Shown here piece after piece: positions 1-13,400 of a stretch of DNA of 64,000 nt (positions are counted from its first letter, which is position 1; every line of letters starts with the position of its first letter). The position numbers and the translations under genes are program-made. Under the pieces are notes generated by a model, which was given only the letters and a program-made list of their open reading frames with translations, was not told where the DNA came from and ran no database searches. This DNA comes from Lama guanicoe. Lineage: Eukaryota. The stretch is taken from contig MU053196.1 in NCBI GenBank assembly GCA_013239625.1, positions 186,001 to 250,000 on the forward strand, given 5' to 3'.

Positions 1-2409
1 GAAATACTATTACTCAGAGCTTCCTAACTAATGCGCTGTGACACCACGGGCATGTCTATGCTGAGACACAGGTCTCTTGGCCCTCAGAGTTTGTGGGGAA
101 GGGCTGGGGTGAATCAAGCTCTCAATGACTTAGAGCTTTTCCTGATTACTCCAGATAGAAATATCATTTTCTATCTATGCAATGTCATGAAAAGGGTAGG
201 GAAGTTACGGCTGTAACTAACCACAAAATATATACAGTATATTTAAATCTGTATGTGGAGAGTTCTGTTGCTTACATGATGCTATTATCCAGAGAGTGTC
301 TTATAATCACAAGATTACTAGGACAATGATTAGCAAGAGAAGCAAAGGGAGGCCAGGGATGCCAGGTCTGAAAAGTCATAAAGGCTTCTGAACAGATTAA
401 AAGAAAATATATGTGTGTCTCTCCACATTGTCTTCCTTAGCACCATTCATTAAATAGTTTCTCCAGTGAGAGAACAGGTTGTATCACCATTCAGTCAAGT
501 AAAACTTTAAATATATAGGCAAATTCATCAAAGTTACAAAACATTTTAAAATGGAGTTCAAAGGATCACAGTAACATCTATCATGTTAGAACTCAAAATA
601 AAAAGAATGAGAATTACAAAGGTCATTACCCACTGTTTTAGCAGCACTATGAACAAAGGAAAATGAGAAATCAAAGTCTGAGCACAAATTCTGAATTCTG
701 CATGAACTAAACCACCACACATTCAGTCACAGATGAAGCAATCATACACAAAGGAGAAAACAGTGACCATATTTTCTGACGCCATCATTTACTGACTCAT
801 TCTCAAAGAGGTTAATTTCAACTCAGACGCATACATAGTTAACCTTGATCTCCACATAATTATTTTCTTGAGAGCAAGAAGACAAATTATACATGAAATA
901 CTCAATATATGAACACCTCCTTCTAAATTGTAAAGTTAAATCAAAGCCTTAACGTTGACTATCATATCATACCAGTCTTCACAAAAATCTTCTCGCCCCT
1001 TACAGAAAACAAACCAGCGCAATTACTTTAAGAGGCTTCTCAGGGAACAAGCTTCCCTAGTGACTGTGAGTTTCAAATCCCTATCGAACTACTAGTCATC
1101 ACTCACTTCTTTTCTTGCCCACACTATGTAAACAAAAGTGGGTACATTTTCAAACTATTTACCGCATTTCCCTCTATAACTCAGCGTTGCCTTCTGTAAG
1201 CTGCCTTACATGGTCTCTCTTGAATATTACTGTGACTCTTTTGCATTAAGATTCTTCCACTTTCAGATCTTTTTAAAGCAGATCAGATTAAGCCCATAGT
1301 TAACAAAAAACTAACAAATCCACTAGAAACATTTTCATCATTTTTTTCTATAATCCAGTTAGAAAAAATTCTCAATGTTCCAATTTTAAATTAGTTGCAG
1401 TCATAGAAGGAACTTATTATTAAAAGCAGAATTAAGTGATTGAGAAAAACCTCTCCCTTTGTTAATCTCTTCCTTTCGCCAATGAAGACATCATTCTTCC
1501 AGTCTATCCTATTTATTATATACCTACTAAAGCAAAACTATTACCAATGTCTTACGCATTTCTCAAGATCCATTTCAAGTGTTACTTCCTCTGCAAAATA
1601 CCTCTATAGATTGAATTTGAAATCATTTCTCTATAATTGCAGAGCATGATTATCTCTGTTACATCTTATATCATGGTCACCACATCCTCTGTATAATTTG
1701 TAGACAGCACCACTCAAACTGTACTTTGTGTGAATGGCAGTCCATAGATGTATGACCAACAGGTATGACCATTCCCGTTGGAGCCCTGTCTTTTCTGGAC
1801 CTGCAGTGTTTTTTAAATAACTCTTTCTAGAAGACCACTCCCAAGATAGGCAGTCATGTTCATACTACCATCACAATTAATACAGTACTTCACCAAGAAC
1901 TGTTTAGTGGAACACTCTCCCTCCTGCCACTGAAACATCCAGAAGATTTAACTTAATTCATAATTTCACTTGTACTAGCCGTGTCTAGCAATTTAACACC
2001 CTGAGCTTTGATTACTCTACCAAAGTATTTTACTACGTGTATTTTGTGCAATGTTAACATGTAGTGTATGAAAAAGGGGTCTTTGGTTAAATACGTTAGG
2101 AAACTACTACATTCAATAAAGTTAAAAAGTTTTCTTTACTGTAGGAGCCTTTGTATTATCCTAAGAAAATTAGGAATCTCCAAAAAGAATTCATTGTTTT
2201 TACCCTAAAAGGATATGCCTCACTGACTTAAAAAGGGAATATTTCTAGATTTTCATTTGAAGGGAAAACAAAAAGTAATCCTATCACTTAGGTCACTGAG
2301 TTTCTTAAGATTGGGAATAAGCAGGGACAGAGAAATTGCTTGTGCAGGGGTCAAATAGATCTACTTCAACACGTGTTTACACAAAAAGGAAAACTACCTC
2401 CATCTATGA

Positions 2410-3105
2410 CAGTAGTTCTCAGGGGTTAGAGTTCAGGCCACACGGCGGTGTTTTGAGAATGTTTTAGGATGTTTCTGGCTGACTGATAATTCAATGTCAC
2501 TACTGGCATTTAAGAGTTACCAGTTAGGGTATCAAGAGGCCCTATGATGAACAGGACAATCTTGAAAAATGAAGCCTATCTCACAGGCATTGAAGTAGGT
2601 GAAATCCTATTTATAAGCAAACATATGGGCATCAAATTGGGTTCTGTTTTAAATGTAAACACTTTTTTTTTTTTGCATTTCTGCATTGATCTTATTACAT
2701 ACCAAGAGTCCTAGAAATGCAACTACGGAAATGAGAGGGAGAATAATCTTTGTTTTGTTCAAAACTTTACCAAGTTTGCTATCACTTCAGAAAATCACAG
2801 CATCAACTTGAGGTATTTAACACAGGCCTGCACAAGTCTACCTGTATCAATCACATTCACAGTAATTGTATATACCTGGCTACTTCATTATGTCTTCTAT
2901 GTAGCCATGCCTGAGCATTTTTATATTGAAATATGTATTACTGTACCTTAAATTACTTTCTTTTAATCCTTTCCACTTTATTCAAGATATCAGAAAATTT
3001 TGAAATTATATACATATAATGATTATATATATAATATATAATTATATATATAAAAGAAGGTTGTATTTTTTATTTTCATTTCAGGATAGTAAAGGGGGCA
3101 TTATC
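2410..3105 (+). mobile_element. hAT-Charlie DNA transposon remnant (MER20B-like)
   Basis: Begins cagtagttctca; internal tactggcatttaag...ggacaatc; distal ggatagtaaagggggcatta resembles the recalled MER20/MER20B consensus. Confidence 0.55.
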
Positions 3106-3130
3106 ACCAGCATGAAAGGTAGAGATAAAA

Positions 3131-3154
3131 AACACACACACACACACACACACA
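3131..3154. repeat. (AC)n microsatellite
   Basis: acacacacacacacacacacaca. Confidence 0.9.
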
Positions 3155-3289
3155 AAAGGAGCTTGGGGTAAAAAGATAATGCCAGGAATAGAAAACTTAA
3201 AATAATGATAATTATTATTATTTATTACTTATTACTACTGTTTATTATTACTATTACTACTACCACTAGTATCCTCGGAGGCAGTACAG

Positions 3290-4430
3290 AAGATGCTACA
3301 ACAAGAACATGATGTCTTGAAATTAAGAACATGATGTTAATTCTCCCTAAATTAACAGGAAGAAAAAAAAAATAAAATTGAGGAATTCTACCACATAAAT
3401 GAAAAACGAAAAATCCAAAGAGATTGAAAATGGAAGAAAAATGACCCCAAAATGAAAGGATCAACAGAAAGAAATATCTGAAAAACAAAAGTTCTAGAAA
3501 GAACTATTAAAACAAAATGGAGAAAATAATCAAAGAAATAATTCAAAAAGGTTTCCTCAAACTGAAGTACATGAGGTTCAGATTAAAAGGGTATACCATA
3601 TATCCAACACAGCAAATGAAAAAATAAGTATCAGGGCTAAAGAAAAGCTCCTAGAAGCATTGGAGAGGGAAAAACAGAAGCATAGAAACAGAAAAAAATT
3701 AACATACAACATACAATTAGAATGGCATCAAACTTCTGAACAGAAGCACTGGAAACAAGAAGACAACAGCACAATGCTTTTAAAATTCTGTAGGAAAATC
3801 ATTTCCAACCTACAACTCTATTTACACACCCAAACTACCTTCACATATGAAGGTAGAATAAAGATTCACTCAAACACACCAGATCTGAAAGAAGTTTACT
3901 TCCTCTGCTAGAAGGATAACTAGAGAATTATGCTCCACCGAAAAGAGGAAGTAAATGAGGAAAGAATAACATATGCGACCTAAGACACAGGGGATCCAAC
4001 ATAAGAGAAAAGGAAATTCTCAGGACAACGATAAAAGGAAATTTCAAGACATCTCTACAGCAGGATTAGAAGCAGACAGAGATTGAAACAGGAGGAAAGT
4101 ACACTAAAAAAATGATGACTACAAAAATTAAAATGAATTATCGAATGCATCTGAACATACTGAGAGAAGATTTATGCTTCTGTAAGAATTCTGGGGAATT
4201 AATAAATACTAAGGACGTGGAATACTAATGAAACCAAAAAAAGCAGTTATTAACTCCAAGAAGAGAAACTGCATTAAAAAAAATTGCATGGTAGTACACT
4301 ATAATTCATATATACATGGTTATAATATACTAATATTGAATATATATTTAACTGAAAATTAATTATAGTCAATGATTTTGGAAAAAGGAAGAATAGAGAT
4401 AAAAAGAGTTGAGTATTGGCCCTAAAAGTT
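3290..4430 (+). mobile_element. Old L1M fragment (ORF1 / inter-ORF region)
   Basis: A-rich degenerate ORF1-like text (aataatcaaagaaataattcaa..., gaatggcatcaaacttctgaacag..., atgaaggtagaataaag). Confidence 0.6.
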
Positions 4431-4439
4431 TAATCCCCT

Positions 4440-4925
4440 TGGCAGGTAGAATAATGCTGCCCCCACTCCCCAACCAAATGTCCACATCCTAATACTAGGA
4501 CCTGTGAATATATTACCTTACATGGCAATGGAGACCTAAGGTTGCAACAGAATTAAGGTTACTAATCAGCTGATTTGAAATACAGAGATTATCCAGGTGT
4601 ACCCAATGTAATCATCAGGATTCTTGAAAAAGAAAGAAGGCAGAAGAGGAGAGTCAGAGAAAGACATGTCATAACAGAAGCATTGTCACAGAAACGCAAT
4701 GTTGCTGGCTGTGAAGGTGGGGATGTGGGCCACAGGCCAACGAATGCTGGTAACTTATAGAAGGTGGAAAGGCAAGGAAACAGATTCTCTTGTAGAGGCT
4801 TCAAAGAGGAACACAGCCCTGCTGACACCTTGCTTCTAGTATGAGACTCATTTTAGCCTTTTAAACTACAGAATTGTAAGAAAATAAACTTAGGTTGTTT
4901 TAAGGCATTATGATTGTTTTAGTAA
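4440..4925 (+). mobile_element. MaLR solo LTR (MLT1D/E-like)
   Basis: tggcaggtagaataatg...tgtccacatcctaat...tgtgaatatattaccttacatggc...gattctcttgtagaggcttc...agaattgtaagaaaataaac. Confidence 0.8.
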
Positions 4926-6771
4926 AGTATGTACATAATACCTAAACGCAGAAGTTAAGAAAATTTCACTATGCATATTTTATTTAGAAATTTAGAGGTA
5001 TCTAAGAATTAGGTGAAAATGACTGCTTCTAATAAAACCATGATGATGATAAGGGCCCAGAGGGCTGCCCTTTTTGTTACCAGCCTTACAAAACCTGTAA
5101 TTTAATCAAATAAAACACAAAGTCTTTCAGGACACTCAAGCATCCAGGACTCAGTACAGATACACAAAAATAATAAAAATCAGAGAACAGTGAACCAATA
5201 GTGAAGGTTTCTGAAGAGGGAAGCAGTAAGTTCTTTAAAAATATGCATTGAATGGATAGTCATCCCAGTAGGATTATTAAGGAACACTCCACAAAATGAC
5301 AAAAGCAAAGAGCTTCCAAATGGTGGATACTGTAGTAAAAACCAAGCATTAGCCTTTCAGATGAAGAATAAAAGGAGAAAGTGAAATGAGAGGAGAAGAA
5401 AGTGGAAGTCTTAACAAGAATGGCTGGACAGGCAAGAACAAATAGGCGTAGCAGGAAAGCGGGTTCGCTTCAAGGCTCGATACGTGACAAAGACTGGAAA
5501 GGCTCCCCGTGAGATCACACGCAAACAGGGGACAGCAAACTTTGGAAGATAGTGGTTGTTTTATTATTACTGTTGATGATGATTTTCTTGCCTTTAACAT
5601 GGAAAAGCAGATGAAGTAACATTCCAGGGTTAAGCCAAAGTATTTCAGTAAAAATCACTTAATATTCTCAACAGAATATAAAATATAACCATTGAACTAT
5701 AACCAATTAAATGATATAAAACAAAAAGTAATATCGAAAGCATAGGTTACAATGATAATTAGGTGACAGAACTGAACTTTAAATCTTCACAAGGAGCAAA
5801 ACACAAAGTCTTCTATAGCAAAAGCCAACTTTTCATTGTTCTACTCTCACTGCAATCCCTGTCCATATTGCTGCAGTTTCCAACAAAAAGAGAGTCAACA
5901 GGTATTTACTGAGCAACATGTTATCTACAGACAGGCTTCTTTTAATTCTTAAAGCACACCCTGGGCCCGCGTCACTGGTGTTGAAGGCACACACTCGGCA
6001 TGGGTCACTGGCGCTGATGGCTTATGCTGTATGGTTATTCCCTGCTGTCAGCGTTTCAACAATGTCCGCTGCTTTATGGGTTTTTTTTTTTTTGGCATCT
6101 TGGTTTTCTCTCAAGGTAAGCCTCAGGTGGGGGCTGGCTAGAGGAGAGTTTCTGTTGGGGGCGAAGTGGGGGCACCAGGGGTCTGCCTACATGGGGGAGG
6201 AGGGAGGGGGCCAGGTGTGTGTGGAGAATTGTGTGGGGGCCCTGCTTGATGTGGCTGCACTCCCCAGCGTTGTCGAGATATGTCCGGAATCAAAGCAGGT
6301 TAAATGGCCACTCCCTTGGGTATGGGCTCCAGTCACAGCTTCACCTCATCAGGCACCTGACTGACGCAATCCCCCCTCACAGTGTGAGTGAAAGGGGCCT
6401 GGCCTCCAGATAGCCAGGTGCAGAGAGGGCGGTGTTGAGTCTTTTAACTGGTGTTTGGTCACCAACCCTGAGACGTTCAGTCACTCAAGGCTGAATCAGC
6501 TGGGGGATTAAAAAAGTTGAAAACAGTGTCTGTGACCACCAGGTTGTTTCTGCTTCTGCCCGTAACTTTGAGACACACTGGCCAAGCTACTTCCTGCCTG
6601 GATATTGTTTCCTTATTGTGAGCTGAGGAGGTGGAGTGGGACCTCTGTCTATATCAGAGAACCCAACTAGAAGGTGTATCTTTGCCCACAGTTTGAAGAA
6701 TGTGAATTTGAATGCCTTTAAAGGGGGCATATATTCTTTACTTGGCCACAGCCCTCACCAGTCCTAGATTC

Positions 6772-7365
6772 TTTTTTTTAAACATTTGTTTTATTGATTT
6801 ATAATCATTTTACAATGTTGTGTCAAATTCCAGTGCAGAGTACCACCTTTCAGCTATACATGAACATGTGTACATTCATTGCCACATTTTTTTCTCTGTG
6901 AGCTACCATAAGATCTTGTATGTATTTCCCTGTGCTACACAGTATAATCTTGTTTATCTACTCTACAATTTTGAAGTCCCAGTCTATCTCTTCCCACCTC
7001 CTGCTCCCTTGGCAACCACAAGTTTATATTCTATGTCTGTGAGTCAATTTCTGTTTTATATTTATGCTTTTTTTTTTTTAGATTCCACATATGAGCAATC
7101 TCATATAGTATTTTTCTTTCTCTTTCTGGCTTACTTCACTTAGAATGACATTCTTTAGGAGCATCCATGTTGCTGCAAATGGCGTTATGTTGTTGGTTTT
7201 TATGGCTGAGTAGTATTCCATTGTATAAATATACCACTTCTTCTTTATCCAGTCATCTGTTGATGGACATTTAGGCTGTTCCCATGTCTTGGCTATTGTA
7301 AATAGTGCTGCTATGAACATTGGGGTGCAGGTGTCTTTTTGAAGTAGGGTTCCTTCTGAATATAT
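6772..7365 (-). mobile_element. Young 5'-truncated L1 (ORF2 C-terminus + 3' UTR), camelid-type
   Basis: ORF 7078-7320 encodes the intact ORF2 end MFIAALFTIAKTWEQPKCPSTDDWIKKKWYIYTMEYYSAIK; poly-T at 6772. Confidence 0.9.
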
Positions 7366-7844
7366 GTACGTTAGATTTTTACGTCCAAACCTAACAATTT
7401 ATTTCTTAGTCAGTCAATAATTATTCATCCAATAACCCTCATATTTTATATCATTCTTGGAATTAATGAACATATAAAAGAAAGGGTAGAAATGTCATAA
7501 TGATAGCTTGTGATATGAGTACTTGCAGTCATATAGTCTAAAGAAAAAACACATTGAAATGAATCAGAACCTAGAAGTAGAATTCTGTATTAAAATGAGT
7601 AGCCACTGGAAGACCATACTAACTGTCTGTACACAGTCAGTCTTACCATTGTTCCTGAATTGGTATGTCTGCCTTTTTATCAGAGAATGGAACTGGAAAC
7701 ATCTGAAAGTATGTATAAATAATAGCTCCTCTAAGTTAAACATACAAAAGTTCAAAGAACTAGGCAGAGATTGTTGTTAAATAAGGGCAACATAACCGGA
7801 ATTGGAAACCAAAGGACTAAGCAAGTAAAATAAGTAAAGAAAAT

Positions 7845-10160
7845 AAGACTTCCACTTCAAGCTACAATGGAGTAGCTTATGCAGAACAGTGCTCCCGCTG
7901 AGAACACCTAGAAAAACTGAATGAAGTTTTAAAAGATTTCTTTTTTAAGGGTATCAGACAGTTATTTAGACAACTAGGAAGTTAAAGCCCAAATTCCTGG
8001 AGAAAGGCAAAACTTGAGAGGAGAAGCAACCTCTGCAGTTACTTTTTCCCTGAGGATATTTATTATTTTTAGACATTGGCAAGAAGCTGAGATTTTGGCA
8101 AAGGGTCTGAGAGGAAAAACAAAAAACAAATCTAGTAAGATGACAAAAAACTGGCACAACTTTTGACAGACCTATGAACCTAAAGAGACCAAAATTAGGG
8201 CATGGTGTGGGGCAGGATATTTCAGTAAGGAGAAAGGTAGATAAGTGAGATAACACTCTGTTGGGTTTTCAGTTACTACATTTGCTGAATTATAAATCTT
8301 AGAGCTAAAATCAAGCAGAAATCTTGTAAAAAGCAGAGAAAAATTTCACCGGTATTGTGATGCTCTATAGATAAGAGTTCAAATTTAGAAAGTGCTGTTG
8401 TGGAGAAACTGTGGTAAACACCAGATGTTCACAATTGATATTTCTGTAAGGTTAAGACCTAACAGTGAGGGCTTCCCTAAAGTGCTGTAACTCAGACAGG
8501 AGTTAATCTGTTCTCTAAGTGGATTAATTTGGTCAGCCAGCACTCTATCTAGCAGCCAGAAGACAGACTCAGCTCTCTCAAAGAAGGATAATACCATACA
8601 AAGCTGTAAAATGTTATTGGCAAGGTTCTTACATATATATATATATGGGTAGGCCAAGGACATGGCCAAAATCCATGAAACAAAACAGATGATAGAATAG
8701 ACCCATAGGGGATCTAGATATTGCATTAAACAAATAAGGATGTTAAAATAGTAGTTATATGTGCAGTAATACAAATGACTGTGAATTTCTCATCAGAAAA
8801 CCTAGTTTCTGGTGTAAAATTGTGTGTAGGGGGAGAAGAGGCATATGCTCAATTATTATGTAGATCTAGAACTGTTATGAAAAATAAATTCTAGTAAAAA
8901 AGGATATACAACAGACAGTACAAGTTTTGTAAAGCCTAAATATTTACTATTTGGCCCCTTATAGAAGATATTTATTGATCCCTAATGTAAACCTACCTAT
9001 TTGAAGGCAGCAATTGTCAGATTGTATAAAAAAGTAAACCCCAACTAAATACAGTCTACATGAATCCTACAATAAAAAATGATTTCTGTAGTTTAAAAGT
9101 TAAAAAGATGAAAAAAATTATACAAACACTAAATAAAAGAAAGCTAAAATATTAATATCAGACTTAAGAACCAAGAAAATTACAGGGATAAAGAGACATA
9201 GAATTATAAAATGGTCAATTTACAAAGAACAAACAAAATTCTATTTATGTATGCAGCTAACAACAGAGCCTCAAGATTTAAGAGGGAAAAATGTACAACT
9301 GGAAAAAAAAGAAGATAAATCCAAAAATATACTTGGAAACTTTATCACTACCCTCTCAAGGGAGAATAAAGAAGTACTGAATAACGCAATCAACTTGAAC
9401 TAATTTTATTCTTTATGGAACACTCCAGTCAACAACAGCAGAATACCTATTCTTTTTTAGTACAAATGGAATATTCACCAAAATAGACCATACTATTGAG
9501 TCATAGAACAGACCTCAGAAGTTTAAAAGAACTGTAACTATACAGAGTGTTTCCTACCACAACATAATCAAACTATAGTCAAAACAGAAAGATAATGAGA
9601 CAATCTCCAAACACTTGGAACTAAATGGCACACTTCTTAAAAAGTCCGTGTGTAAAAAAGGAAGTCTGAAGGGAAATAAAAAGAAAATACATTACATTGA
9701 ACTGAATGAAAATGAAGCTACCATATATCACAATTGTGAGACAAAACTAAAACAGTATTTAGAGGGAAATTTATAGTACTAACTACATACAATAGGAAAT
9801 AGGAAAACCTCAAATCAATAATCTAAGCTCCTATCTCAAGAATTTAAGAGCAAAATAAACCTAAAAGAAGCTAAAGGAAGCAAATAATAAAGATACAGGT
9901 AAAAATCAATTAAACAAAAACCTAATTCTTTGAGAGATCAATAAAATTGACACATTTCTAGCAAGATTAACTAAGAAAAAAAGCATGGAACACACCAATT
10001 ACCATTATCGGGAATCAAATAGGCAATAACTATCTACACAGATATTTAAATTGTAATGAGGGACTACCACAAATAACTCCACAAACATAAATTTGACAGG
10101 TAATTTGGACTAATCCTTGAAAACCATGCTGAAAAAACTCACCCAATATGAAAAAGATAA
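7845..10160 (+). mobile_element. Old L1M, 5' region through degenerate ORF2 endonuclease region
   Basis: Degenerate ORF2 motifs (caacaacagcagaatacctattc...ggaatattcaccaaaatagaccata; ttctttgagagatcaataaaattgac). Confidence 0.75.
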
Positions 10161-10165
10161 TTCGC

Positions 10166-11134
10166 TTAGTTATAAAAGAAACTGTTTTCTCGTTTCCTGA
10201 GGTAGGCTTGTATTACCATGAACTTCCATCTTAGAATTACTTTTGCTGTTTCCCAGTGATTTTGGATCGTGTTTTCATTTTCATTTGTGTCCAAGTGTTT
10301 TATGATTTCTTCTTTGATTTCTTTGGTGATCCTTTGGTAGTTTAGTAGCATATTGTTTAGCCTCCATGTGTTTTTGTTTTTTGCAGTTTTTTTTTCTTGT
10401 AGTTAATTTCTAGTGTCATATAGTGTTGTGGTCAGAAAATGTGCTTGATATGATTTCAGTTTTCTTTAATTTGCCAAGGCTTGTTTTGTCACCTAGCATG
10501 TGATCTATCCTGGAGAATATCACATGTGCACTTGATAAAATGTGTATTCTGTTGCTTTTGGATGAGATGTTCTGAATATATATCCATTAAGTCCAGCTGG
10601 TCTAATGTCATTTAAGGCCAGTGTTTCCTTTTTATTTTCTCTCTGGATGATCTGTCCACTGATGTAAGTGGAATGTTAAAGTCCCCTACTATTATTGTAT
10701 TATTGTGATTTCTCCTTATATGTCTGTTGATATTTGCTTTATTTATTTATGTTCTCCTATGTTGGGTGTGTATATATTTATAATTGTTATATGTTCTTGG
10801 GTTGATCCTTTGATCATTATGTAATATCCTTCTTTGTCTACTATAACATTTTTTGCTTTGAAGTCTATTTTATCTGATATAAGTATTGCTACCCCAGCTT
10901 TCTTTTCATTTCCATTTGCATGGAATACCTTTTCCCATCCCCTCACTTTCAGTTTGTTTTTGTGTCCTTTCAGCCACTCTATGTCTTTTGATGGGAGCAC
11001 TTAATCCATTTACATTTAAAGTAATTATTGATAGGTATGTACTCATTGCCATTTTGTTAATTGTTTTGGGGTTGCTTTTGTCATTTCTTTTTGTTCCTTT
11101 CTTCTTCCCTTGTGATTTGATGACAATCTTTAGT
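10166..11134 (-). mobile_element. L1 fragment, inverted (inter-ORF + ORF2 endonuclease region)
   Basis: Minus-strand ORFs TYLSIITLNVNGLSAPIKRHRVAE, KKAGVAILISDKIDFK and LRWKFMVIQAYLRK. Confidence 0.9.
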
Positions 11135-12605
11135 ATCAACAACTATGCACCAATAATATGGACAGCCTAGAATAAATGGACAAATTCCTAGAAATATACA
11201 ATCTCCCAAGGCTATACCAAGAAGAAATAGAAAATATGAACAGACCAATCAGTAATGAAAGTGAATCAATTAAAAAAAACAAAATTCCCAACAAAAAAGC
11301 TCAGGACCAAATGGCTTCACAGATGAATTCTACCAAACATTTAAAGAATTAATACATACCCTTCTCAAACTATTCAAAAAAATGGATTAAAGACTTAAAT
11401 GTAAGATGTGAAACCATAAACTTCTAGAAGAAAACATAGGCAGTATGCTCTATGACACAGTCTTAGTAAATTTTTTGAATGTCTCCTCAGTTACGGGAAA
11501 CAAAAACAAAAATAAACAAATGGGACTACATCAGAACTAGAAAGCTTTTACTCAGTAAAGGGAAGCATCAACAAGGCAAAAAGGCTGCTTAATGAATGTG
11601 AAAAGATATTTGCAAACAATATATCTGGTAAGGGATTAATATCCAGAACATACAAAGAACACATACAAATCAACATCAAAAACAAACATCCCTATTAAAA
11701 ATGGGCAGAGGATTTGAGTAGACATTTTTCAGAAAGAGAACATATGGATGGCCAACAGACACATGAAAAAAATTTTAAAATCACTAATCATCAAGGAAAT
11801 GCAGATAAAAACCACAATGAGATATCACCTCACATTGGACAGAATGGCTATCATCAAAAAAGATGACAAATAACAAGTGTTGGCAGTGATGTAGAGAAAA
11901 GAGAATGCTCATGCATTGTTGGTGGCAATGTAAATTGTTGCAGCCTCAGAGCAATCTCCAGTATGGAGATTGCTCCAAAAATTAAAATTAGAACTTCCAC
12001 ATTATCCAGCAGTTCCACTCTTGGGTATTTATTGGAAAAGAAGAAAAATACTAATTAGAAAAGAACCATGCACCCTATATTTATTGCAGCATTATTTACA
12101 ATAGTCAAGATATGGAAGCAACCCAAGTGCCCATCAACAGATGAACGGATAAAAAAGATGTAGTATATAAACAGTGGAATATTACTCAGCCATTAACACT
12201 AATGAAATCTTGCTATTTGCAACAACATGGATAGAACCAGAGGGTAATGTGCTAAGTGAACTATTTCAGACAAAGAAAAATACTGTATGTTTTCACTTAT
12301 ATGTGGACTCTAAGAAACAATTGAACAAACATAACAAAACAGAAACAGTTCTAGATACAGAGAACAAACAAGTGGTTGCCAAAAAGGAGGGAGTTGGGGG
12401 AGGAAAGAAATAAGGAAGGAGTTTTGGAGTTTTTTAAGAGGTACAGACTTCCAGTTGCAAAATAAATGTCATGAGTATGAAATGTATAGTGTGGGAAAAC
12501 TAGACAATAACTATGTATTATATTTGTATGGTGGCATATTGTTAACTGGATTTACTGTAGTGATCAGTTTGAAATATATAGAAATACGAAATCACTATGC
12601 TGTGT
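11135..12605 (+). mobile_element. L1 ORF2 fragments + 3' UTR (L1MA9-like)
   Basis: aatggacaaattcctagaaa..., MEYYSAINTNEILLFATTWIEPE, 3' UTR ending aatcactatgctgtgt. Confidence 0.9.
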
Positions 12606-12940
12606 AAGTTTTAGATTTATAGAGTTTTTGCACAAAAAATTTACAAATAAACTAGAGAGTTCCCCTTATTACATTAATGAACTAATATTGATACATTATT
12701 ATTTACTAAAATCTATATTCACTCAGACTCTATCATTTTTTTCCGAATGTTTTCTTTACCAGGATCATCCAGTAGTCATGCTTCCTTAGGATCCTCTTGA
12801 TCGTGATATTTTCTCAGAATTTCCTTATTTTTGATGATTTTGATAATTTTGAGAATTACTGGTCAAATATTTTATAGAATGTCTCTCAACTGGGATTTGT
12901 TTATTGTTTTTATCAAGGAAGACTGGGTGATGGGAAGTAC
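12606..12940 (-). mobile_element. L1MC/MD-type 3' UTR remnant
   Basis: aatattgatacattattat...ttttgagaattactggtcaaatattttatagaatgtctctcaactgggatttg. Confidence 0.6.
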
Positions 12941-13006
12941 ATATTACCGCCTCCTCCAATATATCTTTAAAACCTTCCCTTTCTGGGCAGTTTTCTCTGA
13001 GACCAC

Positions 13007-13400
13007 TTTAAATTTCCCGCCTCTCCAGCTGGCGCAACTTCTCGTGGGACGTGTGCGGCGTGGGCGGGGCCCCGCAGCTGCTGCCGGTTGACTTGGGCGG
13101 TTGAGTTCCGGTCCGTGGGGAAGTCGCCGGCTCTGTTCCAACCGGCTGGATGCGGCGGCAGGCGAGGCCCAGCGGAGCCGCTAGGCCGAGTTGCTGACCA
13201 CGGAGAAGCCACATTGCAGCGGGACAGCGACTGTGTCGGCTCCGGAGAGGCGCGAAGACCGGCCTGGAGGTAGGGCAGGCGGCGAGGGCAGTGCTCCGAG
13301 CTAGGGAGAGCGGGCTCGGGGGCCGCGCGCAGTGAGGCCGCAGAGGCCGAGGTGAGGAGAGCGGAGCCAGGGAGGCCCAGCCCGGCTTTAACGGTCGGGC
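13007..13400. promoter_or_regulatory. Compact CpG island / probable promoter with a + strand non-coding first exon
   Basis: Dense CpG in an AT-rich background. GC box GGGCGGGG at 13062-13069, ETS-like TTCCGG at 13106-13111, E2F-type TTTCCCGC at 13013-13020. Donors GAG|GTAGGG (13269/13270) and GAG|GTGAGG (13351/13352). Confidence 0.8.

Noticed and set aside
5851..5919. Minus-strand signal-peptide-like MLLSKYLLTLFLLETAAIWTGIA followed by GTGAGA
   Set aside because: It overlaps an L2-tail-like motif (caacaggtatttactgagca), the acceptor is poor and no downstream partner exon was recognised.
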